Assembly (NCBI GenBank): GCA_037139795.1
Contig: JBAXFS010000001.1
Span: 3,153 to 67,152, forward strand
DNA from: Actinomycetes bacterium
GTDB lineage: Bacteria; Actinomycetota; Actinomycetes; Nanopelagicales; Nanopelagicaceae
Direction of reading: 5' to 3'
DNA length: 64,000 nucleotides
Positions within the stretch are counted from its first letter, which is position 1. Each line of letters opens with the position of its first letter. Made by a program: the position numbers and the translations under genes. A model generated the notes under the pieces. It had not been told where the DNA came from. It saw only the letters and a list, made by a program, of their open reading frames with translations, and did no database searches. This document shows, piece by piece, positions 52,276-62,943 of the stretch.

Positions 52276-52938
52276 CTACCTAGAACCGAGGATTTGGCTA
52301 CCAATACGCAGATGTGTCGCACCGTATGCGATTGCAATTTCAAAATCTCCGCTCATCCCGGCCGACAGTGCTCGGGCCCCTGGGAAGTTTTTGAGAAAAG
52401 CCGATTGCGCCACCGCTAGTTGCGAAAAGGCTTCCTCAGGGTTGCTGGCCAGTGGCGCAACGGCCATTAGCCCTGCGAGTTTATGAATCGGACTATTCTC
52501 AATTGCATCGGCTAATGGATATAGGTTTTCAATGCTAGCTCCCCCGCGATGCTCCGTGCCATCGAGATTGACTTGTAAAAATATTTCGAGAGGATGCGTT
52601 GCAACCTTTTCAATAATGTGAAAATGGCTCACATCATCAAGTGAGTGAATTACATGAGCCCACGAACATATCGATTTCAACTTATTGCTTTGAATCTGGC
52701 CTTGAAAGTGCCACGTGCCAGACACTGCCGCGGCTTTCGGTGCCGCATCTCCATCGCGATTTTCGCCAAAGTCGTTGATTCCTAGAGTTTTGAGAATTTC
52801 GACATCGCTAATCGGAAATGTCTTAGTTACTGCAATGAGAAGAATCTCGTTGGAATCTCTTCTCGCCTTGGTTGCCGCCATTGCAATTCGCTCGCGTACA
52901 TCGCGCAAATTTGCTTCAATCATTTCGTGACGATTCAT
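52276..52938 (-). CDS. yggS: YggS-family PLP homeostasis protein
   Basis: LIAVTKT, FGENR, WHFQGQIQSNK, SAGMSGDF and LRIGSQILG. Confidence 0.96.
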   Translation of the reverse strand: MNRHEMIEANLRDVRERIAMAATKARRDSNEILLIAVTKTFPISDVEILKTLGINDFGENRDGDAAPKAAAVSGTWHFQGQIQSNKLKSICSWAHVIHSLDDVSHFHIIEKVATHPLEIFLQVNLDGTEHRGGASIENLYPLADAIENSPIHKLAGLMAVAPLASNPEEAFSQLAVAQSAFLKNFPGARALSAGMSGDFEIAIAYGATHLRIGSQILGSR

Positions 52939-53597
52939 AGCCAGATGACTCCAGCGCTGCGGCCCGTTATGTTGTGGCGGCGGTAGGAAAAATACTCCGA
53001 ATCTTCCAAAGTGCAGATCGTGGATGCCTCGTAGGTAACACCTTCAGCGACTAAATCTGCGATTAGAGCTTTAGGTAGATCCAATGCAGCAGTGGCATCA
53101 CGAGTAAGGGCAAAGGCGGCTGGATGAGATGCAAGGACTTGATCTGCCAGCGCCTCTGGAACTTCATAACACCGCCCACATATAGATGGACCAAGCTGCG
53201 CGTGAATGTCGAGCGCACCTAATTGGCGCATCTGATGAATAACTTTCATTGCAATTCCATTTACTAACCCGGCACGTCCAACGTGTACGGCTGCGACTAC
53301 ACCTGATGAAGACAAGAGCAATGGAATGCAATCGGCAACTAAAACTCCGAGAGCTAAACCCGGAGTTGTCGTGATGAGAGCGTCGCACGTTGGATCGTTC
53401 TCAATTGGAGAGCTGACTATTTCTAATGAATCACTATGAGTTTGATTCATGAATTGCACTGGCCCAGTTATTGGTACGAGCAGGGCGCGATTAGCAAGGA
53501 CGACATCGCGGTCATCGCCAACATGAAGCGCTAAATTCATAGACTCAAACGGCGCAAGGCTTAAGCCTCCACGCCGATTCGTAAAAATCGCTGGCAA
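52935..53597 (-). CDS. pgeF: YfiH/PgeF-family laccase-domain protein
   Basis: FTNRRGG, NLALHVGD, QTHS, ADCIPLL, GPSICGRCYEV and FSYRR. Confidence 0.93.
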   Translation of the reverse strand: MPAIFTNRRGGLSLAPFESMNLALHVGDDRDVVLANRALLVPITGPVQFMNQTHSDSLEIVSSPIENDPTCDALITTTPGLALGVLVADCIPLLLSSSGVVAAVHVGRAGLVNGIAMKVIHQMRQLGALDIHAQLGPSICGRCYEVPEALADQVLASHPAAFALTRDATAALDLPKALIADLVAEGVTYEASTICTLEDSEYFSYRRHNITGRSAGVIWL

Positions 53598-53603
53598 AAT
53601 CCC

Positions 53604-54737
53604 TTACTTCATGAAGTCAGGGACGTCGATCTCATCCTCAGAGACGAGCTCTTCAAAAGTAACGCGCCTGCGCGGGGTTGGATCATCACCGAGTTCAAGG
53701 GCCACTGACAAAGGATCATTTGAGGCGATGGGGTCGGCTTGGCCGCCCAACGTTGAAGCATCAATGATTGGAGTTGAAACCCGCTTAGGCTCTCCCCCTT
53801 CAAATCCGGCAGCTACGACAGTAATTCGAACTTCATCACCAAGAGCGTCATCGATCGTTGTTCCAAAGATGAATTTCGCATTGGGATGAACTGCCGATTG
53901 CACTAACTCGCAGGCCTCATTAACTTCAAAGAGTCCCAAATCAGATCCGCCGGAAATTGAAAGTAGAACTCCCATTGCGCCATCAATCGAGGCCTCAAGA
54001 AGCGGGGAAGAAACTGCAAGTTCAGCGGCACGCAAAGCTCGGTTTTCACCGCGCGCAGAACCAATGCCCATAAGTGCAGATCCGGCGCCGGCCATAACAG
54101 CTTGAACATCGGCAAAGTCGAGGTTAATTAAACCTGGTTGAGTAATAATTTCGGTAATTCCCTGAACACCTGAAAGTAAAACTTGATCGGCGCTCTTAAA
54201 AGCATCAGCTAAAGTAATTGTTCGATCTGAAATTGCCAGTAACCGATCATTAGGTATAACAATTAACGTATCTACTTCGTTGCGCAAAGCTTCAATTCCC
54301 GCATCTGCTTGCGTCGAACGTAGTTTTGCTTCAAAAGAAAATGGTCGAGTTACGACACCGATTGTTAACGCACCGAGATCTTTAGCAATTTTTGCAACAA
54401 TCGGAGCAGCACCTGTTCCAGTTCCGCCACCTTCGCCAGCGGTTACGAAAACCATGTCGGCTCCGCGAAGAATCTCTTCAATATCTTCTACGTGATCGAG
54501 AGCTGCAGCTCGTCCTTTTTCAGGATCCATGCCGGCACCAAGACCGCGCGTTGTCTTACGTCCGATATCTAATTTAACATCGGCATCGCTCATTAATAAA
54601 TGTTGGGCATCGGTATTGATTGCAATAAATTCGACGCCCTTTAATCCAACATCAATCATGCGATTAATAGCATTTACTCCACCGCCACCAATACCTACAA
54701 CTTTGATGACTGCCAAATAATTTTGCGGTGAAGCCAC
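53604..54737 (-). CDS. ftsZ: Cell division protein FtsZ
   Basis: GGGGVNA, GGGTGTG and NLDFADV motifs; C-terminal DVPDFMK; AAGGAGGAG RBS. Confidence 0.99.
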   Translation of the reverse strand: MASPQNYLAVIKVVGIGGGGVNAINRMIDVGLKGVEFIAINTDAQHLLMSDADVKLDIGRKTTRGLGAGMDPEKGRAAALDHVEDIEEILRGADMVFVTAGEGGGTGTGAAPIVAKIAKDLGALTIGVVTRPFSFEAKLRSTQADAGIEALRNEVDTLIVIPNDRLLAISDRTITLADAFKSADQVLLSGVQGITEIITQPGLINLDFADVQAVMAGAGSALMGIGSARGENRALRAAELAVSSPLLEASIDGAMGVLLSISGGSDLGLFEVNEACELVQSAVHPNAKFIFGTTIDDALGDEVRITVVAAGFEGGEPKRVSTPIIDASTLGGQADPIASNDPLSVALELGDDPTPRRRVTFEELVSEDEIDVPDFMK

Positions 54738-54753
54738 GTTTCTCCTCCTTGCG

Positions 54754-54784
54754 AACTATAAACCTCAACTTGAGCCTTATAATT
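54754..54784. promoter_or_regulatory. Imperfect palindrome upstream of ftsZ, candidate FtsR (MerR-type) operator
   Basis: AA-c-TATAA-ac-CTCAA-c-TTGAG-cc-TTATA-a-TT: 12 of 15 positions pair. Confidence 0.5.
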
Positions 54785-54869
54785 CAAGCTTATTTAATAA
54801 GGTGAAAGTAAAGTGCTAGCGCCCCTTAAGCAAACACCAACCCAAATTATTTTTTTCGTGTCGAAAAAT

Positions 54870-55511
54870 CTATTTTACAATCGGTGCGTGAGGAGCTGAG
54901 AGATCTAACTGATGGATTTTAGAATTTTCCGCTCTTGCTATTAAAGCCTTATAAACCGTGGATTTTAAAGCATTGTCTTGGCTGCTTCCCCAAACAACTT
55001 CAATAACATGTCCAGTTGCTTGCATCTGCAAGGTGTACATCTCGCCGTTTCCTACTTTTACTAACTGGACAGAACTGGCAATCTCTTGAGGCAATGCCGA
55101 AAAGAAAGCCGCCGCAGTTATAGCCGAATCAATCGAGGGTGCTTGAATGCGAGGCAGGCCCTTTGTACTTTGGTTTGTAATCGCAAAACTAACGCCATCC
55201 TTATCGATTGCGCGGTTGTTAAATATTGCAATTGGCAACCGCTCGGTAATGGTGATCGTGATTTTTCCATTAATCCAATTTCTTGATACTTCGGCACGTT
55301 GAACCCAGTCAAGTTTTTCGTACTCTTTAGCTACTGCCCGTGGCTCTATCCGAGCTAATCTCTCTCCCGGTTTAATCGTCGTTGAAAGGAATGTACCGGT
55401 GCCCTTCATTTCAACTGAGCTGACCGTCAAAAGATTGGACCAACCTAATGCATAGGCCGCTAAAGCAAATACGATTAAAGTGAGGGCAACAACAAGTCGA
55501 CGTTTTTTCAT
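54870..55511 (-). CDS. ftsQ: Cell division protein FtsQ/DivIB
   Basis: Basic N-terminus, one TM helix, POTRA-like ITITITERLPIA and C-terminal LDLSAPHAP; lies between murC and ftsZ. Confidence 0.92.
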   Translation of the reverse strand: MKKRRLVVALTLIVFALAAYALGWSNLLTVSSVEMKGTGTFLSTTIKPGERLARIEPRAVAKEYEKLDWVQRAEVSRNWINGKITITITERLPIAIFNNRAIDKDGVSFAITNQSTKGLPRIQAPSIDSAITAAAFFSALPQEIASSVQLVKVGNGEMYTLQMQATGHVIEVVWGSSQDNALKSTVYKALIARAENSKIHQLDLSAPHAPIVK

Positions 55512-56897
55512 TTATTCAAAGCGTCGAATTAGACCATCGACGATGATGGGAGCAAGAGAACTCACGTCACCAGCACCTAAGGTAATGATGACATCGCCCG
55601 GTTCTGCCGACTCGATGACGCTATCTGCGACCTCGATGAAGTTGGGTCGGTATTCACCTTTCTCCATTAAATCAGTAATCAAGCCCGAACTAACGCCTGG
55701 GATAGGTTTTTCACTTGCTGCATAAATTTCCAACACAATTACGCGATCTGCTAACGAGAGAGATTGTGCAAAACCTTTGGCGAAAGCTACCGTGCGCGAA
55801 TAGCGATGGGGTTGAAAAATTACAATCAAGCGGCCATCCCCAGCAAATCTACGTGCGGCTCGCAGTGTGACATCAATTTCAGTTGGGTGATGTCCGTAGT
55901 CATCGATAACTCGAATCCCATGCACACTCCCCTTTAACTCAAATCGGCGGCCTGTGCCGCGATAAGTGGCCAAACCTTGCAAAAGGTCGGGCGCGCTAAA
56001 ACCAAGTTCTATTCCAGTTGCAAGTACGGCAGCGGCATTGAGCAAGTTGTGATGACCAGGAACTTGCAACTCAATTAAGCCGATATTTTTGCCGTGCCAA
56101 ATCGCGCGTGCGCGAGAGCCCATTGCTAAGAGTTCAATCGAGTCAATAACTAAGTCGCTGCCTTCGCTTATTCCATATGAAATGCAATTCAATTGACCCA
56201 TCGATGCGGCTAAATCGCTAGCCCCAGCATCATCGGCACAAAAAGTTAAAAATCCGTCGAGATTAATAGTCTCGGCAAAGGCGCGAAATGCCGCTTCAAC
56301 TGCCGCGGGGGTTGGAAAGTAGTCAACATGATCATGTTCAATATTTGTCACAATAGCGGCGAATGGGTGATATTCAATAAAAGATCCATCGGATTCGTCG
56401 GCCTCTGCGACAAAAATTGAACCGGTTCCGTGATGGGCATTTGATCCCGAGGCTGTAATGGTCCCCCCGATAGCAAAAGAGGGATCGGCGCCACAAGCCT
56501 GGAGGGCAACTGCCAACATCGAAGACGTTGTAGTTTTCCCGTGCGTTCCAGCAACTGCAATGCTCTTTGACTCTGACATTAAAATCGAAAGTGCTGCCGC
56601 CCGAGTTAAAACGTTAATCCCGAGTTCGCGCGCCCGCTCTAACTCGGGATTGCTCGCGGAAATCGCCGTTGAATAGACAACAAGGTCTGCGCCATCTACG
56701 TTACTGGCCGAATGTGAAGTTGCAATTCTCGCGCCAAGTGCGACTAAAGCATTTACTACCGAAGAGTCTTTTGCATCTGAGCCAGTGACTTCTATCGAAT
56801 TCGAGAGTGCAATTCGAGCTAAGCCACTCATCCCAGCTCCGCCAATGCCGATGAAGTGCACTCGCTTTCCAACGAGGGATTTTAAAGTTGGCCTCAT
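55512..56897 (-). CDS. murC: UDP-N-acetylmuramate--L-alanine ligase
   Basis: FIGIGGAGMSG, AGTHGKTTT, EADESD, DDYGHHPTE and FQPHRYSRT. Confidence 0.99.
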   Translation of the reverse strand: MRPTLKSLVGKRVHFIGIGGAGMSGLARIALSNSIEVTGSDAKDSSVVNALVALGARIATSHSASNVDGADLVVYSTAISASNPELERARELGINVLTRAAALSILMSESKSIAVAGTHGKTTTSSMLAVALQACGADPSFAIGGTITASGSNAHHGTGSIFVAEADESDGSFIEYHPFAAIVTNIEHDHVDYFPTPAAVEAAFRAFAETINLDGFLTFCADDAGASDLAASMGQLNCISYGISEGSDLVIDSIELLAMGSRARAIWHGKNIGLIELQVPGHHNLLNAAAVLATGIELGFSAPDLLQGLATYRGTGRRFELKGSVHGIRVIDDYGHHPTEIDVTLRAARRFAGDGRLIVIFQPHRYSRTVAFAKGFAQSLSLADRVIVLEIYAASEKPIPGVSSGLITDLMEKGEYRPNFIEVADSVIESAEPGDVIITLGAGDVSSLAPIIVDGLIRRFE

Positions 56898-57973
56898 CGA
56901 TTTGACATCGCAAATTCACCATAGGCAACAATCTTTGCGGCGGCATTGAGATCAACGTCGGAGCCGTCCATGGGTGCATTCGCAGAACTCTTTAAAAGCG
57001 CGTCAATGTGTAAAGTTAAATACTTAGCATTGAAAGCCCTCTGCTCAATTATCTCTGCGCGTCCATCTGCAAGAAGGCTTCGAGCATTGAAGAACTGCTC
57101 GCCATTTCCAATTGGTAGAGGCACGAAAAGAGCGTAACGCCCAAGGGCGCGAAATTCGCTGCACGTTACTGCGCCACTACGAGCAATGATGAGATCACTT
57201 GCTAAATAGGCATCTGCCATATCATCAACGTAGGCAACGGGGCGGTAGGAGGATGTAGCGTGCGGAAGCACATTACCCCGTCCAAGTGAGTGCAGAATCG
57301 AAACTCCCTTTTCTGACAGTGGTTCGATTGCACCCGCTACGGCGTTATTGATTGCTACCGAGCCCTGAGATCCGCCCATAATAAAAACTAAAGGCGCACC
57401 TACATCAAAACCTAATCTCCGCTTAGCTTCAAGCCGTGCCACCTCAAAACGTCCCTCCGATTGCGCGAAGGCATGTGCAACATCTGATCGAAGTGGCAGG
57501 CCAGTGATCCGGGCACCTCTGAATTCGCGTGAATCGACAAGATGGGCAACTGCCAAATAAGGAGTCATCAACGCACCCAAACGATTAGCCCACCCGGGCT
57601 TAGCATTCGCCTCATGAATGAGGATCGGTACTCCCGTCAGTCGCGCTGCGAGGTAGGCCGGAGCACTCACATAGCCCCCGAAGCCAATCAGTAAATCTGC
57701 ATCTTTGAGAACAACTCGTGCAGACGATACTGCTTGAAATAAATCAGTTGGAACGCGTAGCCACGTTGCTGACGGAGTTCGAGAGATAGATACTTTTGGA
57801 ATATGTGCAAGCGTAAATCCCGCCGATGGAACGAGTTTATTTTCTAAACCTGATTTAGTGCCAAGAAAAACAATGGTGTCTTCAGGGTGAGCATCTCGCC
57901 AGGCGCGCGCTACCGCTAGGGCTGGCTCGACATGTCCGGCCGTTCCTCCACCAGCTAAAACTATCGTAGCCAT
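56894..57973 (-). CDS. murG: MurG glycosyltransferase
   Basis: AGGGTAGHVEP, GFGGYVS, HEAN, GGSQGS and ARSGA...EQFFNA. Confidence 0.98.
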   Translation of the reverse strand: MATIVLAGGGTAGHVEPALAVARAWRDAHPEDTIVFLGTKSGLENKLVPSAGFTLAHIPKVSISRTPSATWLRVPTDLFQAVSSARVVLKDADLLIGFGGYVSAPAYLAARLTGVPILIHEANAKPGWANRLGALMTPYLAVAHLVDSREFRGARITGLPLRSDVAHAFAQSEGRFEVARLEAKRRLGFDVGAPLVFIMGGSQGSVAINNAVAGAIEPLSEKGVSILHSLGRGNVLPHATSSYRPVAYVDDMADAYLASDLIIARSGAVTCSEFRALGRYALFVPLPIGNGEQFFNARSLLADGRAEIIEQRAFNAKYLTLHIDALLKSSANAPMDGSDVDLNAAAKIVAYGEFAMSNR

Positions 57974-59127
57974 TTTAATTCACTTTTCTTTAACTCGGCA
58001 AAGATCTCTGGATCACGACGCGCAGCACCAATCACAAAACCAATTCCCATATATGTCGCTACGAGAGCTGAACCACCATAAGAGACAAGCGGCAATGTAA
58101 CTCCGACAACGGGTAGAACGCTTAAAGCAGAGCCGACATTTAGAATTGTTTGAATTGCTATCCAACAACCGATACCGGAGCTCACATATCGAACCATTGG
58201 ATCTTTTGCGCGCAAAGCAATCTTAAAAATTGCAAATAAGAGAATGCAGAGAAGCGCCAAAGTCGCGAGTGTTCCAAATAGACCCAACTCTTCGCCGATG
58301 ACCGAAAAAATAAAATCGGTATGCGCTTCAGCTAAGTTGCCCCACTTTTGCCTACTGGCGCCGAGACCAACGCCGAAAAGCCCACCACTAGCTATTCCTA
58401 GAAGGCTGTGTGCAGGTTGCCAACCAACATTTTTATATTGACCGGCAGCAAATGGATCGAGAAAGACCGAAAAGCGAAGTAAACGATATGGAGCCGAGAT
58501 TATGAGCGCTGCAATTCCGGCAAAGCCAACTCCTATAACCGAGGCAAAGACTCCCAAACGAACCCCAGAGACCCATAGGAGGCCGGCCAGAATAAAAGCG
58601 AAAACCGAAGCAGTTCCCAAATCCTGACCGTATAGAACTAAGAAAAGGCATACGGCAAATGCAGGCGCAATCTGTGTAATGACATTGACTGAGACCGCCG
58701 AACTTCCTTCGCGCTTAGCTAAAATAAAGCCGGCCCACAAAATCATTAAAAATTTAGCAACCTCGCTAGGTTGAATATCGATGAAACCAAGGCTAATCCA
58801 GTTGTGATTGCCATTAACACTTTTTCCAATAACTTGAACAACGGCTAACATGCCAATTGAAAGCATTACGCTAAATTGTGCAATCACTTTCCAGCGCGCA
58901 AGAGAAAACCTTGATAGCACCCATGCCATGGGAATAGATAACATCAAAAAAATTATCTGGCGTAACACAATGGCATAGGCAGAGCCTTTAGATTCAAGCG
59001 AGTGAATCGATGAGGCTGAAAAAACCATAATGACGCCTAGAAGGCTTAAACTCAACGTGCTCACTAATAGCATGTAATAAAGATTGACTGGCTTTGTAAA
59101 AAAATTGGCGCGAGCTTCACTTTTCAT
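57961..59127 (-). CDS. ftsW: SEDS peptidoglycan polymerase FtsW
   Basis: MVFSAS, QPSEVAK, GLGASRQKW, EAHTDFIF and LPLVSYGGS. Start moved to the ATG at 59127, overlapping the murD tail. Confidence 0.97.
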   Translation of the reverse strand: MKSEARANFFTKPVNLYYMLLVSTLSLSLLGVIMVFSASSIHSLESKGSAYAIVLRQIIFLMLSIPMAWVLSRFSLARWKVIAQFSVMLSIGMLAVVQVIGKSVNGNHNWISLGFIDIQPSEVAKFLMILWAGFILAKREGSSAVSVNVITQIAPAFAVCLFLVLYGQDLGTASVFAFILAGLLWVSGVRLGVFASVIGVGFAGIAALIISAPYRLLRFSVFLDPFAAGQYKNVGWQPAHSLLGIASGGLFGVGLGASRQKWGNLAEAHTDFIFSVIGEELGLFGTLATLALLCILLFAIFKIALRAKDPMVRYVSSGIGCWIAIQTILNVGSALSVLPVVGVTLPLVSYGGSALVATYMGIGFVIGAARRDPEIFAELKKSELKWLR

Positions 59128-60505
59128 GAGCAACCAATTTCTTAACGGCTTTTGCAAAGCGATCACCACGGTCGGCATATGAAATAAATTGATCCATCGA
59201 TGCGCAAGCAGGTGCCATCAAAACGGTATCCCCCGGAGCAGCAAAACTAGCTGCAGCCTTGACTACTTCCTCCATGAGCGCATTCGATGCCCCACCTTTG
59301 ATGTAATCGGCATCAACTTTAACGACGGGTGTTGCAGGTGAGTGACGCAAGAAGGCCGCTTCAATGAGGTCTCGATCGTTGCCAATCAAAATGGCCGCTT
59401 TAATTCGCGCTTTAGTGCGCGCTACTAAAGCGTTCATATCGGCCCCTTTAGCTAAACCGCCTGCAATCCACACGACTGATAAGTGCGACATGAGCGATGC
59501 AGCTGCGGCGTGAGGGTTGGTCGCTTTCGAGTCATCTATCCAAGCAATCCCATCGGCTTCATAAATCTTTTCAATGCGGTGTCGACCGGGATGAAAGTCA
59601 ATGAGGGCGTTTTGAATATCGCTATAAGGGACGCCTACCGTGAGTGCCAAGCCAGCAGCGGCAAGAGCATTAGAAACACTGTGGGGCAAAGTCGGTTGAA
59701 TATCATTGATTGAAGCAATCATGGCCGCTTCTTGCGTATCTGGGACAAAGGCTCTATCAACTAAGAGATCCTCCACAACTCCAAGCTCTCCTGGTGAAGG
59801 GGTGCCTAGTGAAAAGAAGATTTTTCGACCCTTCCAATTATTCGCACGCTTAACAATCTCGCCATCGTCGCTATTTAGAAGTGCTACCTCGGCGCGGTTT
59901 AAAATTGAAAACTTCGCTGCGCAATATGCCTCGAAACTTCCATGCCAATCCAAATGGTCATCTGCAATGTTTAAGATTGCAACACTTTTAAAGCAGGCAT
60001 CTTTCAACCAATGCAGTTGAAATGATGAAAGTTCAAGAACTAAATAATCAAAGCCATCCGGATGGATAACTGCATCAATTACCGTATCCCCCACATTGCC
60101 ACACGCAATAGCCTTATAACCTGCGCGTTGTAACATTGCCGCGGTCATTTCAACGGTCGTTGTCTTTCCATTAGTACCGGTTAGCGCCAACCACTTTTGA
60201 CCAGGAGAGATTTCTTGAGCAATACTCCAAGCAATATCTACTTCATTAAGGATTTCAATTCCAGCTGTAACTGCTGCACGCAAAAGTCGATGGCTCTCAT
60301 TCCAGCCAGGAGAAACGACAACTGCGGCAAAATCACTCATTTGAACGGCATCTGGAGTCAGAACTCTAAAATCGCTCGTCGCTCTCGGATTGTCATCGAC
60401 CATGCTAATAATTGCACCGCGCGCATTGAGCGCCTTAGCTACCGAGTTACCGGTTACGCCTGCACCGAGTACAAGAACTGGTTGTGCGTGAAAATCAAAT
60501 GACAT
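59117..60505 (-). CDS. murD: UDP-MurNAc-L-Ala--D-glutamate ligase
   Basis: VVSPG, TGTNGKTTT, LELSSFQL, DDSKATN and PACASMDQF. Confidence 0.98.
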   Translation of the reverse strand: MSFDFHAQPVLVLGAGVTGNSVAKALNARGAIISMVDDNPRATSDFRVLTPDAVQMSDFAAVVVSPGWNESHRLLRAAVTAGIEILNEVDIAWSIAQEISPGQKWLALTGTNGKTTTVEMTAAMLQRAGYKAIACGNVGDTVIDAVIHPDGFDYLVLELSSFQLHWLKDACFKSVAILNIADDHLDWHGSFEAYCAAKFSILNRAEVALLNSDDGEIVKRANNWKGRKIFFSLGTPSPGELGVVEDLLVDRAFVPDTQEAAMIASINDIQPTLPHSVSNALAAAGLALTVGVPYSDIQNALIDFHPGRHRIEKIYEADGIAWIDDSKATNPHAAAASLMSHLSVVWIAGGLAKGADMNALVARTKARIKAAILIGNDRDLIEAAFLRHSPATPVVKVDADYIKGGASNALMEEVVKAAASFAAPGDTVLMAPACASMDQFISYADRGDRFAKAVKKLVAHEK

Positions 60506-60511
60506 TTCTAA

Positions 60512-61570
60512 CTACTTAACAATCCATTGTGTATAGAAGAGACCCAGACCAAGGGCAACCGATAGCCCAGCAATGATCCAAAATCTAATAACGATAATGA
60601 CTTCGCCCCAGCCCAAAAGTTCAAAGTGATGCTGCAATGGCGCCATTTTAAAGACCCTTTTACCGCCACTGATTTTGAAATACAAAGTTTGAATTACTAC
60701 GGACATTGTAATAATGACGAAAAGCCCACCAAGGGGAATCAGTAATAGCTGCACACGAAGCGTTGCAGCTAATCCAGCAAGTGCGCCACCTAAAGCTAGC
60801 GATCCGGTATCGCCCATAAATATTTTTGCTGGTGACGCATTCCACCAGAGAAAACCTGTACACGAACCGGCAAATGCTGCGGCTAATACCGCCAAGTCCA
60901 GTGGGTCTCGCACTTGATAACATCCAATTCCTGGAGTTACTGCGCAACCTTGACCGAACTCCCACACACCTATCAAAACAAAAGCTAGAAAAGTCATTAC
61001 AGATGCACCTGTTGCAAGGCCATCTAAACCATCGGTCAGATTTACGCCGTTGCTGGCAGAGAGCACCATAAAAGCTACCCAAATAATGGTAACTATCGGA
61101 CCAAGGTATAACGCGGTATCGCGAACACCCGATAAATAATAGGAAATGGGCGTTAAGGATAAGGAATCAGCAAATCTAACTCCAAGTAGAGCAAAGATCG
61201 CAGCCACAGTGGCTTGACCAAAGAGTTTCTGCTTGCCAGTTAGCCCTAAAGACTTTTGACGTGAAACTTTTAGCCAGTCATCAATAAAGCCGAGAGCACC
61301 AAGTGCGATTACTAAACCTACAACCAAAATTGCAGATACCGTAAACGGTTTTTGCATCAGCAAGTGCGCCAATAAATATCCCATCAGCGCAGCTGCGATA
61401 AGAATGATGCCACCCATGGTCGGCGTTCCCCGCTTTGTATGGTGACTGCTTGGTCCATCATCACGAATTATTTGGCCATAGCCTTTTTTTGCCAGAATTT
61501 TTATAAGTCCGCGGGTTCCTAAGAGTGAAACTAGAAGGGCAAATGCTCCAGCAATGAGGATCTCTTTCAT
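60512..61570 (-). CDS. mraY: Phospho-N-acetylmuramoyl-pentapeptide transferase
   Basis: [33 protein letters not shown] and MAPLQHHFE. Confidence 0.99.
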   Translation of the reverse strand: MKEILIAGAFALLVSLLGTRGLIKILAKKGYGQIIRDDGPSSHHTKRGTPTMGGIILIAAALMGYLLAHLLMQKPFTVSAILVVGLVIALGALGFIDDWLKVSRQKSLGLTGKQKLFGQATVAAIFALLGVRFADSLSLTPISYYLSGVRDTALYLGPIVTIIWVAFMVLSASNGVNLTDGLDGLATGASVMTFLAFVLIGVWEFGQGCAVTPGIGCYQVRDPLDLAVLAAAFAGSCTGFLWWNASPAKIFMGDTGSLALGGALAGLAATLRVQLLLIPLGGLFVIITMSVVIQTLYFKISGGKRVFKMAPLQHHFELLGWGEVIIVIRFWIIAGLSVALGLGLFYTQWIVK

Positions 61571-62943
61571 TGATCAGATCCCTCTCGAGTAGTCCAGCGT
61601 TTTTGAATCTCTTCGGCTAAAACTTCAAATCTCTCAGCCCGAGAGGCTTTCACTAGAACAACATCTCCGGGAGCAATATGATTAACAAAATCGGCGGCTT
61701 CGGCGATAGTTCCTACATGGTGGTACTGCATGGGGCCGACTCCAGATCCATATTCAGGTGCGTTAACAATGACTGCATGATCGATACCTATCTCGGATGC
61801 AAGGGTGCCAATATCTGCGCTAGCCGAGGCTCCTGACTCGCCGAGTTCATGCATTTTTCCTAAGAAGGCCCATGACTCTCCCCCACGTTCTTGCGCAAAA
61901 AAGGCCAGACTGCGAAGGGCGGCAGCCATTGATGCTGGATTGGCGTTGTACGAATCATTAATGATGAGCAGATCCTCAAGTTCGGTTAACTCCATACGCC
62001 ATTTGCTAGATATTTCAGCAGTAGACAACGAACTTGCGATCAGTTCTAACGGCAGCGAAAGTGCCGTCCCAACTGCTGCTGCTGCAAGGGCATTTGATAC
62101 TTGGTGCGCACCGACTAATCGCATTCCTACTGCATCTCGACCGGCTTTAGTAACTAAATCAAAATGTGGTCGGCCCTCTCTAATTTCAACATCGGCGGCA
62201 CGAACATCAACGCTATTTTTTTCACCAAAAGTTATAACTGTGCCCGCATGAAGTTTAGACATGGCCGGTGTGAATTCATCATACGTGCCGAGAATCGCAA
62301 TATCTTTTTCACCAAGAGATGCAATCATCTCGCCCTTAGTCTCTGCGATAGCTTCCTGTGAACCAAATTCGCCCAAGTGCGCGGTACCCACACATAAGAC
62401 AACGCCAATATTAGGTCGTGCGATATTGCACAGCCGAGTGATATCGCCCTTATGTCGTGCGCCCATTTCCAGAATACAAAAACGGGTTCGTTCATCACAT
62501 TCCAATAGCGTAATTGGCAACCCCAAGTCATTGTTGAATGAGCCCATGGGTGCAACAGTTGGCCCGACGGCCTCCAACATATGTCTCAATAAGTCCTTAG
62601 TACTTGTTTTACCCTGTGATCCGGTAATCGCAATAACCGTTAAATTTTCTAATCTCGTTCTAACAAACGCTGCCACAATCGATAAGGCAGAGATAACATC
62701 GTCGACGACGATACAAGGTCCGTCAATTACTCGTGTGGTTAGTGAAAAAACAGAGCCGGAACGGTATGCCTGTGCAGCAAATTCATGACCGTCACTATTG
62801 TCGCCCTCAAGGGCTAAGAAGAAACTACCTGGCGTGGCCAAACGCGAATCGAAAACGGGAGGTTTATAAACTAATAGATCGCGATCACAACGGAGCTCTC
62901 CCCCAACAAGTAATGCAATCTCTCCAGCCGTTAAAGTAATCAT
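61567..62943 (-). CDS. murF: UDP-MurNAc-tripeptide--D-Ala-D-Ala ligase
   Basis: [32 protein letters not shown] and VLVKASR. Confidence 0.98.
   Translation of the reverse strand: MITLTAGEIALLVGGELRCDRDLLVYKPPVFDSRLATPGSFFLALEGDNSDGHEFAAQAYRSGSVFSLTTRVIDGPCIVVDDVISALSIVAAFVRTRLENLTVIAITGSQGKTSTKDLLRHMLEAVGPTVAPMGSFNNDLGLPITLLECDERTRFCILEMGARHKGDITRLCNIARPNIGVVLCVGTAHLGEFGSQEAIAETKGEMIASLGEKDIAILGTYDEFTPAMSKLHAGTVITFGEKNSVDVRAADVEIREGRPHFDLVTKAGRDAVGMRLVGAHQVSNALAAAAVGTALSLPLELIASSLSTAEISSKWRMELTELEDLLIINDSYNANPASMAAALRSLAFFAQERGGESWAFLGKMHELGESGASASADIGTLASEIGIDHAVIVNAPEYGSGVGPMQYHHVGTIAEAADFVNHIAPGDVVLVKASRAERFEVLAEEIQKRWTTREGSDQ

Noticed and set aside
54768-54790. HspR HAIR-like CTTGAAT...GCTCAAG upstream of ftsZ
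   Set aside because: The spacer is 6 nt rather than 7, and ftsZ is not a heat-shock context; the overlapping palindrome explains it better.
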